Source of the DNA: Prorocentrum cordatum
Lineage: Eukaryota
Assembly (NCBI GenBank): GCA_963575745.1
Contig: CAUYUJ010000148.1
Location: forward strand, 248,001 to 312,000
Direction of reading: 5' to 3'
Length of the DNA stretch: 64,000 nucleotides
Shown: positions 25,505 through 37,625 of the stretch, one piece after another
Position numbering within the stretch: the first letter of the stretch is position 1
Layout of the letters: the number at the start of each line of letters is the position of its first letter
Notes under the pieces: generated by a model
Told to the model about the DNA's origin: nothing
Seen by the model: the letters and a program-made list of their open reading frames with translations, nothing else
Databases searched by the model: none
Translations under genes and position numbers: made by a program

Positions 25505-26949
25505 GACGGCTCGATCCGATCCTGATCGCGCACTTTGCGCCGCCCCCATCCCCCCGAGAATAGCGACCGCTCTAGCCCGCGACCCGCGACGCGCGAAGCA
25601 CGATCGACTCCGAGCCCCCGCGGGTCACCTAGAACTCCTCCTTTTCCTCCTCCTCCTCTTCCTCCTCCTCCTCCTCCTCCTCCTCCTCCTCACCCCCCTC
25701 CTCCTCCTCCTCCTCCTCCTCCTCCTCCTCCTCCTCCTCCTCCTCCCCCTCCCCCTCCCCCTCCACCTCCTGCCCCTCCACCTCCTCCTCCTCCTCCTCC
25801 TCCTCCTCCTCCTCCTCCTCCTCCTCCTCCTCCTCCTCCTCCTCCTCCTCCTCCTCCTCCTCCTCCTCCTCCTCCTCCTCCTCCTCCTGCTGCTTCGTCC
25901 TCCTCCTCCTCCTCTTCTTCCTCCTCCTCCTCCTCCTCCTCCTCCTCCTCCTCCTCCCTGCTGTTTCCTCGGTGATACTCGGTGATACGAAAGGCGCAAG
26001 TCGTACAAGCACAACAAGAGCCCAATCATCGCCAGTCGACAAGGGGCCGAACGCGGTACGGACGAAAAGACTCGTCGCATTTCTGCTCCAGAGAGCCCTG
26101 TGGCTGCCTCTACACTACCATGTAGAAGGCGACTATATTATGCTTAGAGCGTCGCACGTTGCAACTTCAAAAAGTCAGCGTGGCAATCTAAACGGTGGCC
26201 GGCACCAACAATGTTGGAAACGTTTTCCGGTCACCTGGACCCCTGTGGCCCAAGAGTGCACATGCTCTAAGCACACATGCTGCTGATGCTATAGGCTACG
26301 TTCCCTGATGCACGTGGCTTGCAGAATTTCGCAGACACCTCCCACGCACAGACCGGCGCGGAGGACACCCTGGAATTCCCCGCTATGCGGGCGCAGGGCT
26401 CAAAAGGCAGCGGGATATCTGGTTAACAAATACTCTGGTGTTCCGAACGTGCATATCTACAACGCGCGCGTGCGAAAGGCGTCCGAGATCGATGTTCCTC
26501 AACAAAGCCCCATCCCTTGCCCACCATCTGCCCCCCAGACCTTCCACCTACCCTCGATGGCCTTGCCGCGCTGGTGCACAGCAGCTCATGCGAAGGATCG
26601 GAGAGGAAGGAAAAGGGGGAAGAGCAGAGTTTATATTGAAGCGGAGAGGCGTCTCCAGTGGAGGGGGGCTCTGAGCGCGTGCACAAAGTATCCGGTGCCG
26701 TCGGCCAGGTTCGTCGGACAACCGTGCCCGTCGCGTGCCTCACCCACCCCCCCGCCCCGTACTATCCGATCCTCAGCTGCTGGAGTTCCCAACTGCTGGA
26801 AATACAGCTGCGCTGACAGGGACAAGAGAAAGGAGGAACAAGGCGTGGCGTAGCAGGTGTCTGTTACCTGCCTCGCGCACCCATGTTGACGCAACGAAGA
26901 TGTCACGAATTTCGGTTCTCGCATTCGTTGCGCGAAACTGTTCAAATGG

Positions 26950-27165
26950 GCGCTGGATTCGAAAACTAATCCGATGTGCCTGGTAATTATCCCGCCCCGT
27001 CTGGGTTTCCGCAACTCCGACAGGACGGTGTTGAGACAAACCTTCAGCAACTTCGGCCCCTTCACTGCGCAGGAAAAAACCCCGCACCGATTGCAGAAGA
27101 CGGTTGGCAATTTTGACTTGTCGGCCCACCCCACCATGAAGGCATGGTGGAGTTTTGGTCCGTTA
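26950..27165 (-). mobile_element. Non-LTR retroelement C-terminal Cys/His motif fragment
   Basis: HHAFMVGW...VFCNRCGVFSCAVKGPKLLKVC has the same H..CxxC..L..C layout as the tail of the RNase H element at about 29500-29650. Confidence 0.45.
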
Positions 27166-27295
27166 TCTACGGCTTCTTGGATATGAATCGCTACCTGTTG
27201 GCACCCCTGCCGGGTGCCAGGGCTGACCCTTTTTTTTCAGCAAGTGCAACAGCAAAGCCCTGACCCTGCCCAGACGGGTGTGTGTGTGTGTGTGT

Positions 27296-27660
27296 GACAC
27301 GTTTCGTGGCCTCACAGGGAGCTCCACCGAGGGCCCGAATACCACCGCCCGCATAGGTCCCCCCCACACCCATTTCGGCACACCACTCACACGTTTCGTG
27401 GCCCCATAGGGAACTCCACCGAAGGCCCCAGTGCCACCGCCCGCATGCGTCCCCCACATACATTTCGGCACACCCCTCACACGCTTCGCGGCCCCATAGG
27501 GAGCTTCACCGAAGGCCCCAATGCCACCGCCCGCATGCGTCCCCCACACACCCATTTCGGCACACCTCCCCCGCACCCATTTCGGCACACCCCTCACACG
27601 CTTCCTGGCCCCATAAGGGGCCCCCACCGAAACCACCATTGCCACCGCCACCATGCGTCC
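27296..27660 (+). repeat. ~90-bp minisatellite (same family as 1588-2130)
   Basis: CATTTCGGCACACC at about 27371, 27461 and 27553. Confidence 0.85.
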
Positions 27661-27899
27661 GCCACGCTCTAGGTTTCAGGGGCCAGCTCCAGACCTCTGG
27701 GGAGAAGGAGGAGGCGGAGGAGGAGGAGGAGGAGGGGCGGCCCGCTCCCCCAGTATGTATGTTGCTTTGCATTCGCGGGAGATTCCATTCCACCAGCGAG
27801 GGACTTTCCGGTGTTCTCGCTGTGGTAGCTGTAAACGAGCGGTGGAGGAGTGGCCTGGTGGATGTCGTCGTCGCCGTCGTCGTCTTCGTCCGGCGGCGG

Positions 27900-28583
27900 C
27901 TCCGGACCGCCACGCGGCACGCGGGCTGGCGGCCGTGGGCGCGCCGGGGATCCTCCGCATCCGCGGGAACGTGGCCGACCACGGGCTTGCGACGACAGCC
28001 TCGCGGGGGACCTCGCGGGCCCGCTGGTGTTCATCGAGCCCCGCGCGTCGGAACCGTTCACCTTCCGCGCCTCCAAGGTCACCCGGACGGGCTTGCCGTT
28101 CTCGCGCGGCAAGGTCATCACCACGGCGGCGTGCCAGGGGCGCACCGTGCGAGAAAGCGACGGGGCAGGGGGGGGCGCCCCTGGGCACTCTACAGCTGAA
28201 CCTACTCGGCGCGAGCGGTCTGCAGCCGGACCATCTCTCGGTCCTGTGGACTCTCGCCCTGGGCCGTCGGCTGTCCGGCGCGCTGCTCCCTCGGCCGACG
28301 TAACCCAGGCGTGATCCTGGACTGCGGCCGCCACGAGGTCGGGAACGGCAAGAAGGAGGACGACGACTGGTGGCTGGAGCTCTATGCGCTGCTCTCGCGC
28401 GCCACGCGCCACGAGGACCTCCTGCTCACGCGGGCGCCGCGCATCGAGTTCTTCCTGGCGGGGCCGCCGGAGGGCTTGCGGAAGCAGCTGGAGCAGTTTC
28501 TGGCGCGCACGAAGCGGCGCAGGAGGGAGGCGACGGCCCTCGACAAGGAGCTCGGTTTCACCGAGTTTATGCGCGAGGCCTGA
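27900..28583 (+). pseudogene. C-terminal fragment of a Pif1-like SF1B helicase (possibly Helitron-derived)
   Basis: VTRTGLPFSRGKVITTAACQGRTVRE then VILDCG is motif V-like (T...xQG.T...V.D). LYALLSRATRHEDLLL is motif VI-like (Y..LSRA). Stop at 28583; upstream part frameshifted. Confidence 0.65.
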
Positions 28584-29399
28584 CCTGAGGAGCGCCCCCC
28601 CCCGAGCCGCGCCTTCTCTCGACTGCCCAACTATAATTGTTTGGCCTCGCGCCGCGGATGACCGCGCACGTCGCTGGGGCCCTCCCGGGGCGACCAACGC
28701 GCGTCGCGGGAACTCCGCGCTGCGTTCTTCCCTGCGCCTCGCTCGCCCGTCGTCGCTCTGCCCAGCGGTCAGAGCCTTGCCCGCTATCAGCCAGCCAGCT
28801 AGCTAGCTAGCTAGCTCTCTTTGCTCCGCGCAACGGACGACCCGCGCGCGTCGTTGGGACCCTTCCGGGGCGACCGGCGCGTGTCGCGGGGACTCCGCGC
28901 CGCGCTGCGCCCGCAGCTTTGGACTTTGGAGCGCGCGGGCAAAGAGGGAGAACAAAAAGGGAAGGAATCGGGCGCGATCTTCGTGAGGGGCGTGCCGACA
29001 TGGGCGTCGCGACGTGTGGGCGCTGCCGCCAGGGTTCCCGCGGAAGCGTTCTGCGGCGGCCACGCTCAATGTCACGAGTGCACAGACAGGTTTACTCGAA
29101 CCAGTCACAATCATATTCATTCACACGAGGCGTAGCCATGATGGCATTCGGGCAAATATGTGTGCTGGCACGCAGACTAACTCACACTTAAACTCACTCG
29201 CGCTCAGATTCACCCGCGCTCAGTTTCTCGTAATTCGACCGATCGTTTTCCTTCGTGTTGTGTACCCCGCCACATTTCGGCACGCCCCTCATACGGTTCG
29301 TGGGCACCACCGAGGAAAATACTCACAATTGCGGCGCGCACAACTGCAAAATGTTGGGTCCTTCGCCAGGATATGTTTTTCACGAGGGTGGGCTTGGGA

Positions 29400-30770
29400 G
29401 GATAGCCTCGCAGGGAGAAAGGCTCAACCTGGACCCCCGAAAAGTTTCGGGCGCTTGCCCTTGCCTGTGCAAAAGGTGTTCCCAGGACTGAACAGCTCCA
29501 TTACTCGGGGGGTCCGATGCATGCTTTAGACAAGTTACGGATCTGCCCTCCAGAGGTGTACGCACAAGCACTGCATGCATAGATGAGCGTGTCGTCGGAG
29601 CTCGGAAAGACCACCAGCTTATGATCGTGCCTCGTGATCTCCAACACTCTCTCAGGTGGGGAGCCGCTGCAATCACGGGCGGGAGGCTTTCGCTCCCTTC
29701 TGCTGGAGGTCAAAGAAACGTGGCAACGCCAAAAACGCTTGCACCACGACCAAACATGGTTGAGGCGAGGGATGGATCCTCGGCCGACGGATGCAACACG
29801 AGGGACGCCATCCAAAGTCAATCTGGGCCATTCTGGCAGCACGCACGCAGCGAGCGCAACACTTGCTTTGGAAATTGGAAGCTGATCTCTTATTTGGGTC
29901 GACTCAGCGTGGTTGGGAGCGGGGTAAAAGGTTGGTCCCTCTGTTCGCAGCGCTATCCGCTTTATCATTGCCGACCTTGCAAAATAGGAAATCGCCCTCG
30001 AGGCCTTCTTCAGAAGCGTGTACCTTGACCTCCTGCACACTGGAATACTTACTGGAGGAGAGGTTAAGCAACGTGTCTGCATACTGTTTTTTGCAACTCA
30101 ACCTAAAAGCCAACGGGGAATGGAATCTTCGGACGACGCTTTCACAATCCGAAAACCCCAGGCTAGGCCCGCACAGGAGCTCGCGGGTGGCCCCGAGCCC
30201 ACAAAACTCACCAGCCTGCGAGCTCTGCGGGAGCCACCTAGGAACAGGGCCTTCTAGGGTGCACAGGAGGAGGAGGAGGAGGAGGAGGAGGAGGAGGAGG
30301 AGGAGCATTGAGCATTGAGATCCCCATTGCGAATGCAAGAAAGGAGGAGGAGGAGGAGGAGGGGGAGGAGGAGAGCCCCCCTGCGGGCGGCCTGCCCGAC
30401 CCCTGATCTGCCGCCAGCCTGCCCCACTGCCGCGGGCGCGCAGGCGCGCCCGACCCGCCCTCCCTCGCGAACAGACACAACAGACAGCCCGAGATCGAGC
30501 AGAGATCGGTGGGCAGACCCGAAGGCATCGAAAAGGACGTCCGCGGGCCAAGCCTGGATCGGAAACCGACGCGCACCGAGATCCATCAGGCTCGACCTCA
30601 AGAGCCTCGGAACTCGGGTTTACTCGAAAGGACAGCATCGGCATTGAGAACCGCTCCCATGAGAAAGGTCCCGAGGGAGTCAGGCCCTGGCCCTGGGGGC
30701 ATTCCCCCCAAGACAGGCTCTCCGTCCAGAGTCGTTTCCGACTGATCCGCCCGAAAGCGGCGACAGACAT
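29400..30770 (-). mobile_element. Degenerate non-LTR retrotransposon 3' part: RNase H plus Cys/His-rich tail
   Basis: DGS...LARG, GPVPRWLPQSSQAGE, SDCESVV, VKVHA and GNDKADSAA follow the RNase HI D-E-D-H-D layout. A frameshift leads to LPEWP, HVW..WRC and HKL..IYACSAC..LSKACIG. Confidence 0.75.
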
Positions 30771-33064
30771 TCAGCTGAACCAATCCTCCAGGACCCGTCG
30801 GGCACACGCTAATATAATGGATCACGGATGCGTGGACCTGGCGCGTGGAGGCCAGATCCACGGATCGGGGTAAGTGCACAGCAGAGCAGAACAACACAAA
30901 GCACGTGTCACCTCCTTTGGTGACGGAGCGCGCCGATGCCACGTCGCTAATCCACGCGCATTGGTCCATGTTTGCGCTCCCTCAGCCCAGTGCCTTCATG
31001 CTGACCTCCCCCGGCTGCCTTGCTCGCCGATGCCGAGAAAGGACATCGCCTTCATGGCGACTCCGGAGAGGCCGCCGATGCTCCCCATCTCTCCTCTGGT
31101 GGAGAGGTGGGGAGGACGAGGAAGGGGGGAGAGGGTTCGATGCTCATCTGGGGACCTTCCTGGAACCACTCGCTCCACTCGTGCGTCGAAGCAACGTCGA
31201 ACCTCCGTCGAATCGAATCGAGTTTGAGTCGAACAGATACGTTACGTGGGCCCCAGGAAGGTCGCCAGAACAAGCATCCAAGAAGGGGGAAGAATCGAAG
31301 GAGGCCCTTCGTCGTCCAAGATAAACCTGATGAGCCGCATGGCCGCATGAGAAAGGATGCGCGGATGGGCCGCATGGGGCCGCATGTGAAAGGATGCAAG
31401 GGTACCCTCGGAAAACTACTCATCATTACCAGGAGGGTAATATAAGACTGGACTAGGTCGGATTTGCTTTACGCTGGCTGACGCGCGTAGTCTGCATTTG
31501 AGGACCCCACGCGCTTTTTCGGAGCAGATGGGCGCAGTGCCAAGGAAGCACCACGATCAGGAGAGCCGCGGAATCAGCGAGAAGGGGAGAAGGGCGGCCG
31601 CATTACTCCTACTCCCAAACGTGTCCTGCCCCCTGGATGCAGAAAGCACGACCCTAACAACCAAAGTTCCAAGTTTCAAGACATCATCGTCTTCCGAAGG
31701 AGCTGAAGTCTGACAGGAACCTCGCACAAACTCTGCACAGATCGTGCTGTCACGGAGAAGTGGATGCGGCTTCGATCGGGTCAAGCCTTACATGGAGCAT
31801 AAAAAGGTTGAGCATTCAAACTTTCAGAGGCTGGGGGCCAAAACTTGCGAAACGACCTCCCTGTGGCAAGCCCTGCTGAAGAACATGTACAACAATTACA
31901 GATTTGGCCCAAGAGTGACAATGGTGCGGCCGGACAGCTCGGGTTGACTTGTGAGCAGGTCCTTTGAGCTTGACGCGCGTGTCAGTGCTGCGTCGAAGCC
32001 TTCCGCCGTGGTCTGATGCCACATCTTGCCCTGGCCGGCTGATCATGGCCAGCCTGGCAGCGCTGGCGATAGCGTTGTCTTCATCGCTTGCTGCGAACAG
32101 CGCGTAGTTACTGGAACGCGTCGTGGCGCGGATCGATGCGATCCGTTCCAGCTTGTCACGGTGAAGGCGGCGGCGGTGGATCTGCGGCTGTCGGTGATGG
32201 GCTTGCGGGTACCTCAGGCGGTGTCGGTCCCGCCGCCGCTGCCGGTGTTTGGGGAGCCAGAGCAGCAGCAATGACGCGCCTGGGGAAACCATCAGCATGT
32301 TATGTTTGATGAGATGCTAAGTCTTCGGACGAATGAAGAACAAACTGACGGGCTCCCAACGGCCGGGTGTCACTGCTACTGGTTCTCCCTCACGAGTGCT
32401 GGGCCTCTGCTGCAGCGTTGGTCCGTCCCGTCCTTGACAGGGCGATCGACGCAGTGCGCCCACTCTTTGGATGGCAACTTTTCGCACAGGTCAATGCCCT
32501 GGGCTTGGGCACGCATCCTCGACGACGCAGAGGTTGCCAATGCGGCCTGGGAGCACGGGACAACCTCTTCCCAGGTGCACGCGTACCGGCAACGGCTTCA
32601 TACACCTACCACGGTCGTAGCGAATGCGTATTGGTTCGTGATAGCGGTTTTATGTCTCTCATCCCTACCTCCTCCTAATCCTTCTCTTCGTCCTTTTTCC
32701 CTTCCTCGCCTGCTCTTCCTCCTCCCAACTCGTCCTCCTCCTCCTCCTCCTCCTCATTATCCTCCTCCTCCTCCAACTCCTCCTCCTGGTTCCCTACCTC
32801 GTCATCCTCTGTCCTCCCCTCCGCCCTCCCTCCACTGGCCCCCAACCTCCTCCCAATCTGATTACTGTCATCCGTCAAGGCCGAGGGCAGACGACAGAGA
32901 AACATGTGAATTCGGCACCCACAGATCGGATCGGATCGAAATCAGGATCGGAACGGCCAAACGAAGCGTTGAACAATCTTGGTCATCGATCCCCCGCGCG
33001 GTCCTCGAGGTCGAATTATACTTTTGATACTTTTGGTTCACGAACACAATATGTAATTATCTGA

Positions 33065-36000
33065 CTATGCTAGAGCGGAGCGCCGCGGGCGATCGCCTCC
33101 AGGAAGCGCTGCGCCCCGCCAGCGCTGGAACTCCCAAGGCTGCCGGCGCCAGCAACTGGGCCCCAGCCAGTCGCGCACTCTTATCCTGCCTGGCTCCAGG
33201 CAGGCGGCGGGCACAGGTCGGGAGCGTCCCCAGCACCGATATGCCAGCGAGTGTTCCCCACCGTGACGTCCCAGAAATAGCCCCCCTCCAGGTACAGTTC
33301 GTAGAAAAGCGGCGCGATCCAGCCAAAGCGCTGCCCCGAGTACGTGCTGGACACCATTGCAGCCAAAAGCGGGGTGGACGCTGAAGTGCCCGAGGTGGTT
33401 TGCCATGGCGCGCTTGCGAAGATCACCCAAGCCTGAGAATTCAAGGCGATGTCTGGGTATGCGCGCCTACCGGGGCCGTCAGGGTAGTTGCTGGTCGTGT
33501 AAGGATCGGCCGCCGCCTTCTGGAAGGAGAGATCGTCGCCAGCCTCCTCTGTGAAGATTGACGAGTAAACTCCGCCAGATGCGACGACCCAGTTCTGAAC
33601 AGGAAGATAGCTAGGTCCATCAGCAGGGTAGGGTGCGGATTGCGGTTGCCAGTCCTCGGTTGGGGCTCCATTGGCCATCGCCGCGATCTCGCACTCAGAA
33701 CAGCCCCACGTCGAAACGAATGTGCCTCCAACTGTGGTTACAAACGGGCACGCCGCTGGGCACAAAGGGACGGCATCCTGAACGCAGGTGTTCCCCCCCG
33801 GGCCGTTGGAGGCGCCCCCATCGCCGGATCCAGTAAAGGTCGCCACGCCAGCCAGGGCCAGCGTGTAGATCTCATTGCAAACGGCGGTCGCCAATGCAGA
33901 GTGGTTCTGCTCCGGCATGGCGCACGACATCGAGGACATGGTAGGCAGGTCAGAATCACCGGCCTCGATCGCTTCAAGAAAGGCAAAGAATCCCAACCAC
34001 AGGTTGGTGTCGACGAAGGTTTTGTTGGAGTGCTGGTTCACCGTCCCGACCTGGATATCGTTTCACCGATCCCCATCTCCAGCGCCGTGGCCTGGGCCCC
34101 GCTGGCCGATTGACCCCCCTAGATGGGGATATAGGTAGTTGCCTTCGGGTTTCGAGTGGTGTATCCCCAACTGGGGGGGTAACTGGGCGGGGGTCTCGAA
34201 GGGGATGGAGATGGGGATGGGGATTGGTTAAGGGATACCGACGAACTTTTGACAAGAAAAACAAGAAGCCGTTCAGCCATGAGGGACGCGTGGGCAGAAA
34301 TAGCAACTACAAAATTGCCGCGGCCGAAGCGGGCGCTTCTAGGGGGGAGGAGGTGGGGGAGACAAAATGCTTCAGATGCTCAAGTGACCGAGGTTGTAGA
34401 CGGATTGCTCCCATTGCTGCCTGGGTCTCCCTCTGTGCCGGCAGAATGCCCAATTCTTCGGGCGCGCCGTCTGCGTTGCGCACCACCCATTTCACCAACA
34501 AATCGTCTTGTACAATAAGTTTCCTATACAACTTGCACTGGCGATCGCATAACACTGCAGAAATAGGCTTCGATCCCCTGCTGATTGCAGCGTGCTTCCA
34601 AATTTTGTACGCTTGTTGGAATGCACTTTTCCATTCGCCCAGTCGTCGGCTCAGTTCATTTCCCACTCGCCCATCGTGTGTGATCAAGCCTCCCAACTAG
34701 ACTGTTTCTGTAACTCTTGCGATGGGCTCCCAGGTCGGCCTCGTTACCGCGCTGTCTGACGCCGCTGGAATCTGCAGAGTCTTGTCCCAGTTGGGCTCCA
34801 GGCCATATCTGCGTCCTTCCAAACCGACGGCGTTGAGTAGAGCTTGACAATTTTCCCCACGCCTTGAAACAAACAACGTATCATCTGCGTAGAGCACGTC
34901 TCGGGTAACCACATAGCCGGGTTCATCTAGTAGCTGGAGATCGCGAAATACATCATGGAGCATAACACTCTGAACCATAATGAACAAATACAGAGATAAA
35001 GGACATCCCTGGGCCCCTGGGCTACACCAGCAACCTGCCGCCTTTCCGTAGGAGCAACCGCAATGATTAACTACGGTGAAGAAGCGCTCCGAGTATATCC
35101 CTTTGATCATGTCCACCATCGGAGAAGGAATTCCGAAGCGCAGCAACGCTGCATATAAGCATCCCGACTTCAATCTGTCGAACGCTGTTGCCCAATCGAG
35201 CAAGAATATCGTAAGGCCTCTGGTGTTGTCCACGTTGGCTGCGTCGATGATTCGCCTGATCAGAATTAGGGCGTGGGCCGTTCCCCGCCGAGGCCGGAAG
35301 CCGAATTGAGATGCTCGTATTCGGTGTTCAGTTCCTCCTCGCAAAAGCCTTTGGTGGAGCATCGAAGCCAGTGCCTTGTAGCTAACACTCAACAGAGATG
35401 TTGGGCGGTACTTGCTAAGCAGCGTGCGGTCTCGTTTCTTAAATGAAAGAATTACCTTCGCCCTAATTCCATTTGTCAGGGATGTCTTGTGTCGCCCAAT
35501 AAGCTTGGCAGATTTCAAGTAGAGCCCCGCACGCATGAACATCTGCAGAAACTGGTTTCCGAAACTCTGGCGGGACATCATTTGGCGGGACATCATCCGA
35601 CGAACATCTGCGTTTCCAAAACTGTTTCCCCTACCGCCCAGCAGGGGCCCTCGTGCTCGGGGTTCGAGCAGTGCCAGTGTTGCTCTGCGAGCGGGACGCC
35701 GTGACTTTCGACTTCTTGAATCGTGAATGTTGTTTGGGGGAGTCTACTCCAAACGCTCTGGCTTGATGCCTGCAAAATTCATCACAAAGATCGGGATGTT
35801 TGGTCTCTGAGCATCGTCACCCGAAACAGCGCTGTAGTTGTAGCTTTTCTCGATTGCTTTCCACGTGGTCCACGGAAAGAAATCCAGGTTGTAGGGGCCG
35901 ATGGACGCGTTGAATGGAAACCCGAAGTTAGCCAGGACCTCATAATACCCAGGTTCCCATGATGTGAAATTGTGCGAAGCGGGGTAACCATCAAAGAAAT

Positions 36001-36678
36001 CGTCTTGTGGTTCGGTGGATCTGAGATGGATTCTCTTCTAGTGCGTCAAGCTCTGACTTGCAGCGGGCGTAACCTGAAGGTCTGCAAAGCTAAAGGCGCA
36101 ATTGTAGGCCTCCGCCAGCAGACCACTCATTACATCAAAGGGTAAACTTCCCTTAATATTGGCCATGAGAGAATTGACTTCCCGGATGCTTGCCGTGCGC
36201 AATTGATTGAAGACATCTTCAGTCGTTGAGTTCTGGGTTGTCACATTATCAAGTACAGGTGACCAAGCACCAGACAAGGCCAAGAGGGGGACCTTGCCCA
36301 GCAGGACCGCACCTCCGATGTACTGCTGTGTGACTGTAGCCCCGGTGCTACTCAAGTATCAGACCCCTTCTGAACCTGTGTAAACAGGTGGGAGCATCTT
36401 GGCAACCTCCGCTCGTGCGTCTGCAAAGGAGGGGAAGATGCGGGATCGGCTCCGCTCCGGGCGTTGGAAACCCCCTCGCGCTTGAGGACGACAGCGAAGC
36501 TCAGCACCCTGTCACATTCCATCAACTGTACTCCTCCCTCAGCGCTCCGACTCCGACTCTGCAGCAACGACGACTCGTCCATTCCTTCGGGATCTGCTGC
36601 GCATCCAGGCTCAGCGTTCGAGCTGTCAATGCCGAGCACGATGCCACAGAGCCAGAGTTTCAGGTGCTTGATCGCCAT
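33065..36678 (-). pseudogene. S53 family serine-carboxyl peptidase (sedolisin/tripeptidyl-peptidase-like) processed pseudogene
   Basis: ATG at 36678 with a hydrophobic N-terminus; prodomain-like LSFAVVLKR...DPASSP; GETVLETQ (ExxLD-like); SGDGG; CPAACPFVTTVGGT; SGG.YS; RAYPDIA; GTSASTP; DVTVGN; ATGWGPV. Several stops and frameshifts, no introns evident. Confidence 0.9.
34307..35592 (-). mobile_element. RTE-like LINE reverse transcriptase fragment inserted in the S53 pseudogene
   Basis: KYRPTSLL, SQFGFRP, LDWATAFD, QGCPLS, LYADD and GLEPNWDKT, then V*LGGLI...GNELSRRLG (Tyr replaced by a stop at 34697-34699). Confidence 0.9.
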
Positions 36679-36765
36679 TGCCACTACTCGAAGTCAATAG
36701 GCTAACGAGCGCCTCTTCGATGCGAATCGGGAAAAAACGAACAACAACAGCAACGACATCTTCGG

Positions 36766-36802
36766 CTTGAGCCAAAATGGATTGAACCAAAATGGCTACG
36801 GA
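36766..36802 (-). other. Dinoflagellate spliced leader plus tandem relic SL
   Basis: Minus strand TCCGTAGCCATTTTGGTTCAAT (2 mismatches to DCCGTAGCCATTTTGGCTCAAG) is followed directly by a perfect CCATTTTGGCTCAAG, 87 nt upstream of the S53 ATG. Confidence 0.95.
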
Positions 36803-36949
36803 AGGCAAAGAACGAAGAGGAGGAAGAGGAGCGAAGGAGTGGTCGGAGGAGGGGAGGAGGCAAGAAGTCGTGGCGGGAGAATCTGACGAATCGAAAAGGC
36901 CGCTTAGAAGCTTTCGAGCAGCTTCGCAAGAGCATGGTGGAGCCTCTTG

Positions 36950-37625
36950 GAAGCCTTGCGGGGGCCTCTTGGGCGCCTCTGGGGGGCGTTTTGAAGGCCT
37001 TGTGGGGCCTCTGGAGGCCTCCTGGAGGTTTCCTGAACCGTCCTCGGGGCCTATTGGGGGCCCTTTGGGGGATCTTGAGAACCGCGACCTTTTGGGGGCA
37101 AGACAGCACAAGAGCGCTCCAAGAGTGACCGACGTGACCTCAAGATGGCCCAAGAGGCCTCCAGGACGGCCCCAAAGAGGCCTCCAAGAGCACTCCCAAA
37201 AAGGCCCCCCGAGGCAAAAATGATTGATTTTCTGAGGGTTATTGGTGAATTGTTGGGTTCTCCTCTTTTCGGCTTCCCGACGCTCCAAGACGGCGGTCTT
37301 CTGGGCGTCCGAAGCCGCCTGGGAGGCTCCCCAATCGCCCCACAACCATCCGAAAGGGCTTCCAAGCAGTCCAAGAGAGCCCCAAAACGGCACAACACGG
37401 GTCCAAGATGGCCCTCAGAGAGCCCCATGGCGGCCCAATATGTCCCAAAGACGCCCTCCGAAGAATTCCAAATCGTGTTTCGGTCGTTCAGGGAGACGGC
37501 GGTTGGAGGCAGGGTGGCCCGAGGAAGCCCCCAGAGGCCCCCAGAATACGCCCAGGAGGCCTCCAGAAGGCGTTAAGAAAGCCTGAAACAACTTTTGCGA
37601 GGGCCCTAGAAGCTCTCCAAGGAGG
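36950..37625. repeat. CCAAG-rich repeat family fragments in both orientations
   Basis: GGCCTCTTGG units followed by GGCCCAAGAGGCCTCC units; same family as 6939-9945. Confidence 0.7.

Noticed and set aside
29130..29150. CGTAGCCATGATGGC as a degenerate spliced leader
   Set aside because: The 3' TCAAG is missing and no coding sequence follows.
34270..34400. Plus-strand HEGRVGRNSNYKIAAA as an inverted second RT thumb fragment
   Set aside because: The match to HDGRVGNELSRRLG is only a few residues and could be chance.
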